A DNA stretch of 64,000 nt, taken from positions 334,800,001-334,864,000 of the forward strand of contig OZ024742.1 in the NCBI GenBank assembly GCA_964016885.1. Reading direction: 5' to 3'. The position numbers were made by a program, and so were the translations under genes. Each line of letters starts with the position of its first letter. The stretch's first letter is position 1. The notes below the pieces were generated by a model. The model made no database searches. It was not told where the DNA came from and worked only from the letters and a program-made list of their open reading frames with translations. The DNA comes from Eledone cirrhosa (lineage: Eukaryota). Shown here piece after piece: positions 32,601 to 47,436 of this stretch.

Positions 32601-32691
32601 TAAGATAGATAGATTGATTGATAGATAGATAAATAAATAAATAGGTAGGTAGAAAAATAAATGGATAGATAGATGTTTTGTGTATGTATAC

Positions 32692-32726
<35 letters not shown>

Positions 32727-33122
32727 CGTGTGTGTGTATGTGTGTGTGTGGGGGGTGTAATTAAATCCTCATCGGTTCTGGTAATGAATGTTCTAGGGAT
32801 TATGCCCTATCGTAATTGAGCATTCCATAGACATGTGATCTATTAGTATAATTCTCGAGAGATTCAGAGTGATACAATGTGTGGCAATGCTGGTACATCT
32901 CATGTCTTTACATGTGGTCAGTGCACACTTATATATTCCTGGGTGCTAAATTACGGTTTTTATACAAACTATTCTTGATAAAAGTATGTTTTCATATAGT
33001 GCAATTTCAGCAAACTAATTCTAATCATGATAGCAATAACACATAAAACGATATTATCTTCCATGCCTCAGTATTACTCATTAGTGAATGTGCGTTGACG
33101 ATATGTAAATATATTTAAATGA

Positions 33123-33285
33123 ATCCTCCGCTCTTACCTGGTTGCTGAGGCTACTGCGACATATTTTTGTGCTTAAATACTTACAGCTAAATTATTATCA
33201 TGTATCCTCCGTTCCTAACCTGGTTGCTGAGGCCACTGCGACATGTTTGGTGCTTAAATCCTTACAGCGAGACTAGTATCATGTG
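33123..33285. repeat. Diverged tandem duplication, about 81-bp unit x2
   Basis: 'atcctccg...acctggttgctgaggc.actgcgacat.ttt.gtgcttaaat.cttacagc...tatcatgt' twice. Confidence 0.85.
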
Positions 33286-33711
33286 TAAACGTATTTCATA
33301 TACTCTTTCATTCTGAATCAAGCTGTATTCGTGCTATTGATAATAACATATGATATAACGTCCAGCCTTCATTTGGCAGTATTACTCTTATAGTAGAGTG
33401 TATGTATTCAATATATAAGGACAAACTGATATTATATAATAAATTGTTAGAATCAGATATATTTAATAAAATGAAAATAATGTTGTGTTATAGACATTTT
33501 ATATATAAAAAGTGTTCAAAAATATTTAGAACGCTATATTCATAAAAACTCATAAAAATAAACAAAGCTAGAATGTGCCTTAAGGGCCTTCAACAGAGTT
33601 CACTCCGTTGAAGCCATTGCGAATAGTCTATATATTTTCTGCATCAGCAACATCAATCCTATTTACTATTTGTTTATAATTAAAAAGACGATATATATAT
33701 ATATATGTATG

Positions 33712-33811
<100 letters not shown>

Positions 33812-33888
33812 TACATATACATATATATATGTGTGTGTGTGTGTGTGCGTGTGTGTATATATATATATACATAAATATAAACATAAAC

Positions 33889-33946
<58 letters not shown>

Positions 33947-34027
33947 ATATAAACATACATATATATATGTGCATATATATATATATATGCATATATATAT
34001 ATATATATGTGCATATATATATATATA

Positions 34028-34123
<96 letters not shown>

Positions 34124-34706
34124 TATATATATATATATATAGTATATATATGTGCAATATATATATATATATATACGAAGACACTGGAACTCACACAAAC
34201 AGATAAACACACAAAACAAATAGACACACACGCGTAGACAAAACACAGACAAAGGGAAAAAAGAAAACACAGCCTCAAGAAAATATGATTGAGGTTTTGG
34301 TCCGCTATCGCAAAGAAATGTCTTAAGACCGCCAGTCGACATCAAAGTGCTTCTGTTGGTCTGTGATTGACATGTACTAAAAGTGATAATAGGTGTAAAG
34401 TTACTTGTTTGTAAACTATCAGTCGGCTGTGATAGGAATGGTGTTTGAAAGATTTCTCTCTAGCTTTGAACGAACGAAAGGGAACTGAGTGCACTTTACG
34501 AAGGAAGGGTGTAATATTGTGTTCATGTTCTGTGTTTGTACATGTTAATGATATAGAGTATACATCTGTGTGTATGTGTGTTTGCGTGTTCTCTATATGA
34601 ATATACCATTTTGAGAAAGCTGTATTATATGAATAAATCTGCGAGAGTGGGCACGTAGCTTTTGTATATGTTAATAGAGACACACAACCTATACACACAC
34701 ACTCAG

Positions 34707-34763
<57 letters not shown>

Positions 34764-35037
34764 TATCCGGGGTTCAATCGCGGGTAACCGCAGTAAGTAA
34801 TGTACTCAATACATAGCAGAGTATAAATATTTAATATAGAAATGGTTTCTACAGGACTAGAACTGTTTCATTCGGGAGAAATCGTCAGGAAGCGCCATAG
34901 GGCTTCCTGATGATTTCTCCCGAATGAGAATATATATATGTATAAATATTTGCTCTACGGTTCTTATATATTTGATATATATTTATCCTTATCGAGCCCT
35001 CTTTGGATTTTAGTCTTCAATTTTATTATTATTATTA

Positions 35038-35091
<54 letters not shown>

Positions 35092-35132
35092 CGGCTGTAG
35101 TGTACAGAGTGTAAATAAATTATAGAAGAATC

Positions 35133-35413
35133 GAAGTCAGTGTTGCAGAATAAGTACAAACTTTATAGGCATATTACAATTGTTTCGATATCGGACAGCT
35201 CAGAGTACAATCAAGATGACGAGGCCCGATTCTTTTTCGTCATCTCGTCGGATATGCGCGTTTATGTATCGAAGACACACATAAACTCGCATCTCTGACG
35301 AGATGTCGAAAAAGAGTCGGGCCTTGTCATCTCGATTGTACCCTGAACTGATCGATATCGAAGCAATTGTAATATGGCTATAAAGTTTGTACTCATGCTG
35401 CAACACTGACTTC
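35133..35413. mobile_element. Fold-back palindrome (about 135-bp arms) with an extended-stem-II hammerhead in each arm
   Basis: HHR on minus at 35169-35257 (gcatat-CCGACGA...GAAA-caattg-TA-atatgc) and on plus at 35289-35377 (CTGACGA-gatgtcga...tcgatatc-GAAG). Confidence 0.8.
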
Positions 35414-36355
35414 TACATACATACATACATATATACATACATACATGCATGCATACATACATACATACATACATACATACATACATACATACATACACAC
35501 ATACATACATACATACATACATACATAGGTAGGCTTCGGTTAAAGGAAACAATGGACAGAAATACATAGATATATGCGAGAAATAAAGAGAGAAAAAGGG
35601 AAAGTGAGACCGACTAAGAAAGACAGAATCGTACATATGGAGAGATGTTTTGCAGCTTTCGCGAAAAGCCTCAACAGAAATAAACAGTGTATAAGCAAAT
35701 TGCTTTCAACAAATTGGCATAAAACAAGGTCCACTTGAGTTGGCTAAATCTAAAAATGTTCCAAAAATTTCAATCACCTCAAGCTATAGAAGTTCTTGAT
35801 TGTTTCTCGGGATCTGAATATTCCGAAAGGAAGTTTCTGTCTCGAAACTGCTAGGACAGTTAGACTCAATTGAATGAACTTTTTCGAATAGGCTAACTAG
35901 CTGGTAAATACTAAAGGGGCGCAACATTATCACTATAGCGTTTCACCAGACCCTTCCTTCTGTTGTCCGTATCTGTTTATATATTTACGTGTAGATGTGT
36001 GTGTGTATGTAACTAAAGCGTAACGTACATTACGAATAAATGATTTTAACTCGCTTTTTAACAATTTATGGTGAAAAAGATTTCAAATTGTCTTAACAAT
36101 TGTCCTAACAATTGTCTTAACAATTGTCTTGACTCAGACTGTAACTCATGGTGTCTGACACTCTTACCGGCTACATAGCATCTTCCAATTTCCTATCTGT
36201 CATATTCAGAATATGTCGTTTATTTGCTAGTGTGTTGTTCCATTCCATTCCAGTCCATTCAGCTAGGAAAATAATTAGCTGTGACGTCACTGGTGCCAAA
36301 CTGTTTCTAGCTGTCGAAATGCCCGGAGCTCATCCGTCGGGGTCCTGACTATTTT

Positions 36356-36389
<34 letters not shown>

Positions 36390-36395
<6 letters not shown>

Positions 36396-37153
36396 TTAGT
36401 GTGTTGTGTGAGCTATAAGTGGGGTAAGCATTAGCAGGTTGCGTCACCGTGCGACATAATATCCGAGGACTATATAAGTACCATAGTATGTTTTTCACGT
36501 AGTTTTGTTAACAGCTCTTCAATTTTAGGCTGTCGGGAGATGGGCACAGAGCAACGAACCAGCCTGAAGTTTCTGGTCCGGTTGGGGAAAACTCCGTCAG
36601 AAGCACTTAGAATACGGAGATGAGACGATGTCGCGCTCATGGGCTTCGAGTGGAATGTGGAAGATGGCCCTGGAGCGGAAGGTCTTCAACAAGCAGGACT
36701 GAAGCCAGCATTGAGCGCGTGAAGCGGGTGGTGCGAGGTGATCATCGGCTGACTGTTCGGCAGATCGCAAATGAGCTGGGCACGAACCGTGACAGCGTTT
36801 GGAAGATTATCACCGAAGATTTGAACTTGCGGAAGATCCCCGCAAAGATGGTGCTGAAGCTTCTGAACGATAACCAGAAGGGGCGGCACATGCAGGTGTG
36901 TCAGGACATCCTCAAGCGTCTTGAAACCGAACTAGACTTGCTAGGGAGAGTCATCACCGGTGATGAGCCATCAAGAGGGTCATAACCACGGAGCTGGGAA
37001 GAATCCTTCCAGGAGTGCATTGAGGTGTGTCAGAGATGGATATGGAGTGAGTTTAACTCAAAGGGGATTATTTCGAAGGGGAAATCTTGTAGTTTGTAGT
37101 TTGGATTTTAAATATTGTTTTGTGATCCCCGCCCTGTTTCTTTTTTGACGCAC
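36390..37153 (+). mobile_element. Mariner (Tc1/mariner) transposon relic, internally deleted
   Basis: MGTEQRTSLKFLVRLGKTPSEA; GR..TSRT..DHRLTVRQIANELG..L.LRK..AK.V.KLL; VITGDE, then jump to C-terminal ...GDYFEG. Confidence 0.88.
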
Positions 37154-37159
37154 ATAAAC

Positions 37160-37262
37160 AACAGTTTTCTTCGTGTTCCATCTACCAAATTCAGCTCACA
37201 AGACATTTGTCAACCAGTGGCTGTAACAGAAGACAATTCCTCCAATGTGCCACTCCATACGA
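37160..37262 (-). mobile_element. Degenerate SINE fragment
   Basis: 'ccatctaccaaattc..ctcacaag.c.tttg.tcaacc' is the reverse complement of the family at 1-60 and 6183-6345. Confidence 0.55.
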
Positions 37263-38571
37263 TTGACAAAATTGGAGTCATATTTGTATAATTCCACGTG
37301 AAAAGGTTTCGGTAATTCGAGAAAACCAATACATTTTAGCTGATATTTAGTGGGTAACTATGTAACTAACAATAGTGGAAGACATAAAAATAGCTTGGCT
37401 TTCTTCAATTACCGAAAAGAATACGTTTTGTAATACACGCCCTTTAAAATAGAAATTTATTTTCGCATTTGGAAGCATTTAGAAGCATTAATTGTTTCCA
37501 CTTCTGAAGATTTAAATTGCTGCTGTTTCAATTTCACTTTTTTTTAGGATAAATGTTATTCACATAGAATAAAAGAAAAGTAAGAGGGTGGGTGAATTTT
37601 CTTAATGCATATTTTTTAATGAAACTTTTCAGAAATACGTTTAGTAACGTGTAGCTAACAAGCAAAAATTATAAAAATTAAAAAAAGAAGTTTTTTTAAT
37701 TCTTAGGTATAAAAATGAAAATAATTCCGCGTGTAAAATATATGACATTATCTCTTTAGAGATTATTGAAAACAGACACAATCAAACAACATTTTTAAAT
37801 AAGGGATAAATGTATTTTAATCGATCTCAGTGAAAGCAAGCACTATCATTAAGCCAAGTGGACAATATCACAATTTCCTACGATCATTAAGTATTTGCTA
37901 AATATATTTGCCACGTGGTGATATGATATTGCGGAAATATCCAAAGTGGAGAAAGTACTATGGTGTTACGATTGTTACATGATTTGACATAAAGGAATGT
38001 TGACTGTATTAGAAAATACAGTGTTTATAATTTTCGTTGTGTGATCTAAGAAAGAAATGCCAAAATCAAAGTTCGTCAGCTTACAAATTAAAAGTTGAAA
38101 ACGTTTTATATGGAAGAACGGGAGGCGTACATAGTAGAGCTAGCCTAAGGCGCTAAACATCTAGGCGCTCGTTCTAATCTAAGTACATGTTGTGTTCTTA
38201 TCCTATATACCCCAATATTGCATGAAACCAATTGCCACATCCTCATCGAGAGTGCAAATTGAACAGTGGGAATATATCTTACTAATATGAAATATCACAT
38301 TGCTGTGATTGAAGACACTTTCCACCCTATTGAATGATGTGGATAATGTTGGCTGCACATGTTTACTATTAATATGATGAAATAAACCAGAAAACAAATG
38401 TGTGAGAGTAATAAATGGGAGGCTGTGTGTATGGGGATATGTATATAAGTGTGAATAAACATATATATATGTGCAAGTGTGTGTGAGTATGCATATATAT
38501 ATGTGTGTGGTGGGGGTAGCTAGCTAGATAGATAGATGGATAGATATGTGATGTGTTAAATATAATGTTTG

Positions 38572-38704
<133 letters not shown>

Positions 38705-38838
38705 ATGTATATATATATATATGTATGTATATATATATATATATATTCATATATATAGAATATATATACATATATATACATATATATAATATATATACAT
38801 ATATATATATACATATATATATACATATATATACATAT

Positions 38839-38914
<76 letters not shown>

Positions 38915-38952
38915 CATATATACATACACACACACATATATATATATATACA

Positions 38953-39025
<73 letters not shown>

Positions 39026-39509
39026 AGATAGATAGATAGATGTAAGCTGGCATGTTTGTGCATTGATACGGTACTAACTATGCTAACTATACAGTGATAA
39101 TCGAAAGTGAAGGGTCTATTCTAAGTCAAAACCGGTGAACTTAGGGTTATCAAGAAAAACCACCCAACGTAAAGCCAACCAACAAAGAATATAAACGAGA
39201 CCCCCTCTTCACAGATCTAAATATTATATTGAGCCGCTTAACTGTCTAAAAGAATGCTCTTAGTGACAGAGTGCAGTGACTGTTGGAATTCTGAACACAA
39301 TAACCATTAAAGAAGACAGAAAAACAAAGACAACGTCCCTAATGAGAAAATAATTATATTTTGATAACGTCTCCCCTTACAACTCTTCAACAAACGTTGA
39401 TAAAGATCATCACATGATAATTATGGTGTTGTTACAATTTCTGGCGAATTCTTGCGTGTTATGGCGAACAGACGACCAGCACTAATATTTGTTTCTGTAT
39501 CTTTGTTGT

Positions 39510-39567
<58 letters not shown>

Positions 39568-39625
39568 CATACATATGCATATATAAACATATATATTACA
39601 TATATATGTTTATATAAATAAATAA

Positions 39626-39714
<89 letters not shown>

Positions 39715-40090
39715 CATATTATATATACACACACACATATATATATATATACATTATAGATATTCATATAAATATAGATATGTAAATATTGTATATATAG
39801 ATATGTAAATATTGTATATATATATATACGACATCTACACAAATATTTCCATATACTAATAGTTTAATGTGTGTGTGTGTGTGTTGTGTATCTGTGTGTG
39901 TGGGGGGAGGGGTCTGCGTGTGTTTCAGTGCATTTATTTATAAGCATCAATTTGAATAGTATTAGTACATATATATCAAAAGTGTAGAATGTATATATTC
40001 ACTCTTGGGTACTTACACATGTACAAACGTACACTCATATCTATCTCACTTCATCTGAATGTGTTTATGCATAGATTTATTAATATTAGA

Positions 40091-40122
<32 letters not shown>

Positions 40123-40378
40123 GTGTATGTGTGTGTATCGATTATGCAAAATTGTATATATATATATATATATATATACACATACGCGCGCGCATGAGCA
40201 TAAACGCACGCGCGTGCATACACGCATACATTCATACACACATACATTCATACATACATACATACATACATTCATACATACATACATAATTACATACATA
40301 TATTCATACATACAGACATACATACATACATACAAATATGCATGCATACTTACATGCATACATACATACATACATACA

Positions 40379-40412
<34 letters not shown>

Positions 40413-40487
40413 CATACATATATGCCTACATACATACATACATATATGCTTACATACATACATACATACATACGTACATACATACAT

Positions 40488-43400
40488 TCCATCAGTCAAC
40501 GCGATCAGTCGCATATTTTGGCGTGGGAGACTATTTATTAAATTTAAGATGAATACTATCTCCGACAGTAATGCCACAACTACAGCCAGGTTGAATAACT
40601 GGTTATTTTTCTAACTATCCCTTCTGAAGACACCTTTTATTCGAATTCGTAGAGATATCCGACTAAATACATAATTCATTTTACAAGGATTTGCTACAAA
40701 CACTATGGCTGAACACAACATCAACAAGAAAATTAAGGAAGTATCGAAGACAAATAACAAAGAAGGTAATCAAACTTTATTCAGTTGTAGCTACAGAAGA
40801 AACCGAAATTATAAATCGCATTTCTCTTGGAGTTGCGAACATAATAATGATTTAATTAATTGTTATAAAATGGCAAAAAACAATCCCTCTATTGGCTATA
40901 TGAATAGAATGAAGCTACACTGGGACGAAATGCACCCAGAGCTAAATTATTTCACAGCGAAACAATTACGCCAACAAGCGACGTTTGTTGAACGTAAAAA
41001 TAAGATAAATATTATTAATTGTAAGTCCCCCACAACAAACATGGAATCAACAACACGTGCTACAGATCGCCATGCTACTAGACTTCCTAGCAACCAGGTC
41101 GAACAGCGCCTTGAAACAACTATGCCTGTACCATCTAAGTCTACCTCGAATGCTGGGGAAAACACTATCGATAATAATAATAATCGAAGAAATAATAATA
41201 ATAATCGAATAAATGTGACACCACGTATACCATCCGAGTCTACCTCGATTGTTGTGGAAAATACTATCGATAATGATAATCAAAAGTATAAACAATTGAA
41301 AATTTCCCTCAATGAAATCTTCCAGAGAGAAATTAACTCATGTATAAATATCTCTCTGGCTGAACGTGTTAAAATGACAATGGTGAATAAAAAACCAAAT
41401 AATGAAATACTATGTGTTATTGATGAAATAGGGGATGAATATTTACGACGGATAAAAACCCCAACATTTTGGCAAATCAACGCCTGTTTATATGCCTTAG
41501 CAATGACAGTGAAGCATTATCTTGGTGATAGCAGAGATATTAACAAGAACAAAACACCACCAAAAATACCATCATATATAACTAAAATAGAATAAAAGAG
41601 TGCTGACCTACGAAAAAACATAGGACATGTGACAATGCTCCTTACATGCAAACAAACACAAAAAAACCTCACTCCTCACCAACAAAGAGTGAAAAATAAA
41701 ATAGAGACGATGTTTGGTAACAGTAGAACCAGAACTCTCCAATATAAGCTGATCACCCTCAAACAAGAATTGAGAACTGTTAGCGAAAAACGCCGATACC
41801 TGAAGAAGGTAGATGAGAGAAAAATGCCTAATAAAAGATTCAGACAAAACCAAACATCAGTCTATAGAGATATGAAGGGCAAAATAATAAGTATCACTGA
41901 GGCCCCATCCCAGAAAGACAGATTCCTTTTGGAGAAAAATATGGGGTGAAAAGAAGAATTTGAACCAAGATGCAGTGTGGCTAAGAGAAATCCGAAAGAA
42001 CTATTGCTCCTACACTACAACAAAAACATACGAAATAAGTGAGGGTACCCTTGAGACTGTGATAGGAAAACTCCAAGATAAGAAAACACCAGGAAGAGAC
42101 ATGATTGTCGGCTACTGGTACAAAAAACTAATATTCTATCGGATGTATCTTACTGACCTCTACCAACAAGTTCTTAAGGGAGATACACTTATACCAGAAT
42201 GGTTGACATTAGCACAAACGTTACTGGTCCCCAAGAACAAAGACACCCACTTGGCAAAAAACTACCGACCCATTGCATGCCAGAACCTGATGTATAAGAT
42301 ATATACAGCCTGCCTCAACCTATTCCTCCAAGATAACTGTGAAAATAATAACATCATCACAGATGAACAAGCAGCTGGAAAGAAAAGGGTTTGGGGATGT
42401 GCTGAACAACTCCTAATCAACAAAACTGCAATGTCGGAGGTGCGACAACTTAGGAGGAATATGACTACAGTCTGGCTGGAATACAAGAAAGCTTTCGATT
42501 CTGTTCCCCACTCTTGGATGATAGATGCCCTCCAACTTGCTAAAGTCCCAGACATTATTGTCAGAGCCATAGACAGACTGTCTTCTTCTTGGGCTACTAT
42601 CCTAAGGTTAAAGACAGAGAGGGAGGACTCTATTTTCACTGATAAAATAAAATATTGCAGGGGTATATTTCAGGGGGACAGTCTCTCTGTGATATTGTTC
42701 ATCTTGTCATTAAACCCCTTGTCCTTTCTGCTCAAGAAATGTGAGGGATACATCATTGGCTCACAGGAGGACAGAAATACGAACCTAACCCATAACTTCT
42801 TTGTGGACGATCTGAAACTCTATGACAAGAACATGGATGGGATGAAGAAAAATCTTGACCTGGTTACAACGTTCTCAAAGGATATAGGAATGAAGTTTGG
42901 CCAAGATAAATGCTCATACATGACTGTAAAGCGGGGAAAAACAACAACCCAATCTAGCAACATTGTCATCAATGGTCTAACTGTTTCACCGATATCTGAT
43001 GAGGACTGCTACAGATACCTGGGGATAGATGAGAACATATCCTATAATGGTATCTGTAATAAAGAACGCGTAACCAGGGAATACTACACCCGATTAAGAA
43101 AGATCTGGTCATCGGAACTCTCTGCGCAAAACAAAACAGTGGCTCACAATGTGTTTGCTGTGCCTGTCCTAACACCATCGTTTGGAATACTCAATTGGAC
43201 GATAGACGAAATCCTAGCAGTTGATGTTGGAACTCGAAAAATACTGAACAACACCGGAAACTTCCACATCAACAGTGACATAGACCGCCTTTACTTGAAA
43301 CGTAAGCAGGGAGGCAGAGGCCTAACATCAGTCCAGACAACATTTGAATGTCGCATCATATCTCTCCGACAACATCTAAGAACCTCGAAGCGTAGGAGCC

Positions 43401-44602
43401 TGCTTCTCGAGCAAGTCTATCTGCATGAAACAGATAACATCATGAGAGTTGGGAAGGAACTACTTGAGAGATATTCCCTGTGTAATAATCAAAAACTCAT
43501 ACCCAGGGATGTCGCTCAGCAGTATCGCAGTGAATCCATGGATGAAAAACTGCATGCCTATCAGCAAAAAACCATGCATGGATATGTTGCCAGGAAGCTC
43601 CAGAGTGAGAGTAATATATATAAGGAAAGTAGTCTATCTTGGACCAACAACCGCTATATTGGCTCCCACTTTGAAGGATACGCTTTTGCAATCCAAGAAC
43701 AGGAGATTAGCACGAAATACCTGATTCACAAAAGAGATAGGGATGCAGGCAAAACACCTAGCTGTGATAACAAGTGCAGACTCTGCAGGACTAACATCGA
43801 GGATATCACCCATCTCATCAGCAGCTGCCCAAAGATGTCATCGCGGTACTATCTACCTATGAGGCATGATGTAGTGGCCAAAACACTGTACAATGCAGTT
43901 CGTAAAAAAGATAGCCCCGATAATAAACACATTAAAATCTACAACAATGTGGAAGGCATCCATGTACATAATATAAAAGAGTATTGGTGGAATGTTCCAG
44001 TAAAAACCCCAATAAAATGCAGGCATAACAGACCAGATATTATGATATGGGACAGGGAGAAGAAAACATGCATAGTAGTGGAAATTAGCTGCCCAGCAGA
44101 TGCCAATATAATATCAAAGATTAGTGAAAAGGAGAATATTTATGCAGAACTGATGAGAAATCTGCAGATACTCCACCCTGATTACACCTCAGATTTATGC
44201 CTGTGATTATTGGGACACTGGGGTATGTTAGTAACTGCCTCAATACAAATCTTGAGAAGCTAGGCTTCACAGGAACAGAAAGAACACAACTAGTTAGGAA
44301 ACTACAAGTACTATCCATTAATGGAACAGTAAAAATATGTAAAACATTCAAAAGATTTTGCATCTAATAACTGCATATACACATGTACAGATACAAAACA
44401 TATACACATGCACACATACAACTCAAAACATACACATGTACACATACAATAACATCCATATCTACACATGCATGCATGCAGACATACATACATATCTACC
44501 TAGTTGATGTTGTGTAAATTCCAATGAGAGAGTCTTGTGTCTATGTTAGAAACCGACTCTCTCTCTATTGGAAAAACTTTGTGAAATTATAAAACCAGAA
44601 GA
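40488..44602 (+). mobile_element. Near full-length R4/Dong-clade RLE non-LTR retrotransposon inserted in (CATA)n
   Basis: Single long ORF broken by a stop at 41593 and frameshifts near 41930 and 44187; (CATA)n at both ends. Confidence 0.85.
40705..44369 (+). pseudogene. RT plus CCHC knuckle plus PD-(D/E)xK restriction-like endonuclease ORF
   Basis: NYRPIAC, KKAFDSVPH, GIFQGDSLS, FVDDLKLY, YRYLG, LYLKRKQGGRGL, CRLC..EDITHLISSC, RHD, RPDI..VEISCP..KE. Confidence 0.93.
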
Positions 44603-45255
44603 ACATACATACATACATGGTGGCTGCCAACTCGTTTTCGAGTACGGCAACTACTTTATATCCATGTAAGAGAACCTCTACCGATGCGCTGAACGAGTGT
44701 GACTTTTTAGTCCAGCCAGCACTTGAAAACTCTGGTACAAATACTACACTTGTGACAATTATTGACACATAGTGCTGGGCCCATGGTACCATGTGACGAC
44801 AAGTGCAGAGAGATCTCCATATATAAAGCAATGCCTGTGCCGTGAAGCTTTTATAGTGAGCAAAGGCACTGCACAAAGCCAGTCCCACACTCTTAACCAA
44901 GATGATATTTACCAAAAAGAAGAACAAGTCAACATCATTGGATATCATCAGGGTTGCAGGTGTTATATCAAAGTTTTCCTTCTGCTAGAATTCTGCCTTG
45001 TCAAAGGCTAAGGGGTCATCTCTCCCGGTGATTTTGGATGACCATTGACTCTTAAGAGCTCCTTTGCCCTTTGACAGGTTTTGTTTTTAGTCCTGCAGGA
45101 TGTCCAAAGTCACCCTCCTCACCAAAAAACCTTGATGGGGTTGCCAGTTTAGTCGCCAACGACCCGACCATGAGACAGGTTGTACTGGGATACATGTTAC
45201 TAGTAGCACCTACATACATACATACATACATACATATATGCCTACATACATACAC

Positions 45256-45647
45256 ATTGAAAACGTGTTCTGTTGTGGAGATCAGCTGCCCACTTGATGT
45301 AAACGTTGTCAGAAAAGTACAGGAGAAGGAGGACACCTACGGACCACTGATGAGGAGTTTACAAATCCAGTATCCAAGATACACCTTTAGCTTCATACCC
45401 ATCATTATTTGAGCTACGGGTTATATACCAACCCGCTTGGACCAAAGTATGACTGAACTTGGATTTGCGGACAAAAAGCGCAGCTCCCTAATTCATAGTC
45501 TACAAATGGCTGCGATAGCTGGCAGCTTCAAAATTTGCAAAACATTCTTGCGATTCAAGGGATGACAATTTCTTTTCCTTTACAACCTTGCCACCAGGAA
45601 GGTGGCCGGTCAAATAATTATACTCGAAATTAAGAGAAAGAGATATC
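45256..45647 (+). mobile_element. 3' fragment of a second, divergent R4/Dong-like family in (CATA)n
   Basis: TCSVVEISCPLDVNVVRKVQEKEDTYGPLMRSLQ...KICKTFLRF is homologous to 44070-44360; CATA tracts on both sides. Confidence 0.85.
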
Positions 45648-46100
45648 ATACATACATACATACATACGTACATACATACGTACATACGTACGTACGTACA
45701 TACATACATACATACATACATACATACATCATATATACTTATAAACGTGTACGTGTATGTGTCTGTGTGTATTTGTAAACCTAAATATCCCGCGATCTAA
45801 TTCCAGCCGGTACACACAGCTGCCTTCTCTGTAATGGAGCAACACAGTATAGATTAAACGATGCATGCCTTGAGTAATTCTTTAATCTTTAGGAAACACT
45901 GAATGAGATAGTGAAGAGGGGGTTCGGGAAAAGGAATGAAGTATAGATAGGGGTGTAGTAAATATAAGAGAGAAGAAAAGATATAAGGAGCTGAGAAGGA
46001 AGAAATTATGGATTTGAATAAATGTTTGCATATATGAATGTATTTATGTATGTATTTATTTATGTATATATGTATGTATTTATATATGTATATATATATG

Positions 46101-46190
<90 letters not shown>

Positions 46191-46529
46191 TATATAGTAT
46201 GGGGGTGGCGAGGCTCTACAGATGTCTTCAATAGTAGTGCGACATTTTAAACTAAGTTTTCAGTTATATTTTTGGGGTGGTTCGAATTAACATGTATATA
46301 TCAAAGAGGTTCATTATATTTTGTGCTACGGGTAGTAGAGGGTAGTTTCGTAATCTAAGGTTATCTAAAAATTTGGCCCTAGTTACATTATATTCAATAG
46401 TGATTCTAAAACCTAGATTACGAAAGAAAGAATAAAAGTTTTTCTTAAACCCATCAGTAGTTCTGGGGTTTACTGGTGCAAGGCGAAAGGGACAATCGAA
46501 CCACCCCTTATATATATATATATATATAT

Positions 46530-46565
<36 letters not shown>

Positions 46566-46571
46566 AATGTG

Positions 46572-46611
<40 letters not shown>

Positions 46612-46618
46612 TGTGTGA

Positions 46619-46850
46619 ATAGAAATTTCGTATTTCTAAGGAAATACGGTTTTAGGAAACCGTAGCTATGCAAACACCGGGGCTAACGCCCTCTGGTGGT
46701 GTCCAGCAGAAGCAAAGAAGACAACCGTCTATGCATTTCAGGCTTGACTGGCCTTCGTCAGGACGGTCCCTCCCACAGCTTGCGACTGCTGGACTTGAAA
46801 ACAGTCGAGAATATATAGTTTTCTCATCTGTGTAAATGAGGTGATTAATA
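46619..46850 (-). mobile_element. Second copy of the HHR element at 11406-11700
   Basis: Reverse-complement similarity along its whole length; only one copy of the terminal 42-mer. Confidence 0.85.
46724..46767 (-). ncRNA. Type I minimal hammerhead ribozyme
   Basis: accgtc-CTGACGA-aggc cagtcaa gcct-GAAA-t gc ATA-gacggt; all stems pair. Confidence 0.88.
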
Positions 46851-46948
46851 TCTTAATGTAGAAGTTATATTTAATTTGTTGGAATACAACAAGCAAATAT
46901 TTTTATAACTGATATAAAACACTCAACAAATTATTAGAGTAAAAATAC

Positions 46949-47204
46949 AATATATTAACAAATGGAAACTATATTTATAAAACCATATTTATTTCATTAT
47001 ACATATTTCAAGGACACCAAAGCAAATTATGGTGCGCTTTCATTAGATAAAATATAACATAAATAAGGGTATGTCAATATTTGTTTATAAAACTGATCTA
47101 TATTATATTTTATCTGATGAAAGCGCACCATAATTTGCTTTGGTGTCCTTGAAATATGTATATTGAAATAAATATGGTTTTATAAATATAGTTTCCATTT
47201 GTTA

Positions 47205-47211
<7 letters not shown>
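46949..47211. mobile_element. Fold-back palindrome (about 108-bp arms) with a slightly decayed HHR in each arm
   Basis: tattttat-CTGATGA-aag..cacca...tggtg..ctt-GAAA-tatgt-ATA-ttgaaata at 47106-47170; left arm has CTAATGA; related copy at 51635-51835. Confidence 0.75.
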
Positions 47212-47249
<38 letters not shown>

Positions 47250-47326
47250 CGAAGGAAATGTGGTAAGGAACCAGGTGGACCATAACGCACCAAAGTACTC
47301 AATACTTAGGGTAGTAGAGTGGGTAA

Positions 47327-47436
47327 TAGGAACAAGTAAGACCCCGACGGCTGAGCTCAAGCCGTTTCGACGGCTAATTCTGTCCAGAATTAGCCGTCGA
47401 AACGGATTGAGCTCAGCCGTCGGGTTCTTACTTGTT

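Noticed and set aside
36085-36131. (caattgtcttaa)x4 and other short tandem arrays as CRISPR-like
   Set aside because: No unique spacers and a eukaryotic context; ordinary minisatellites.
40616-40660. CTGAAGA in the R4-like 5'UTR as a ribozyme
   Set aside because: No stem II pairing and GAAT instead of GAAA; no HDV-like fold could be verified by eye.
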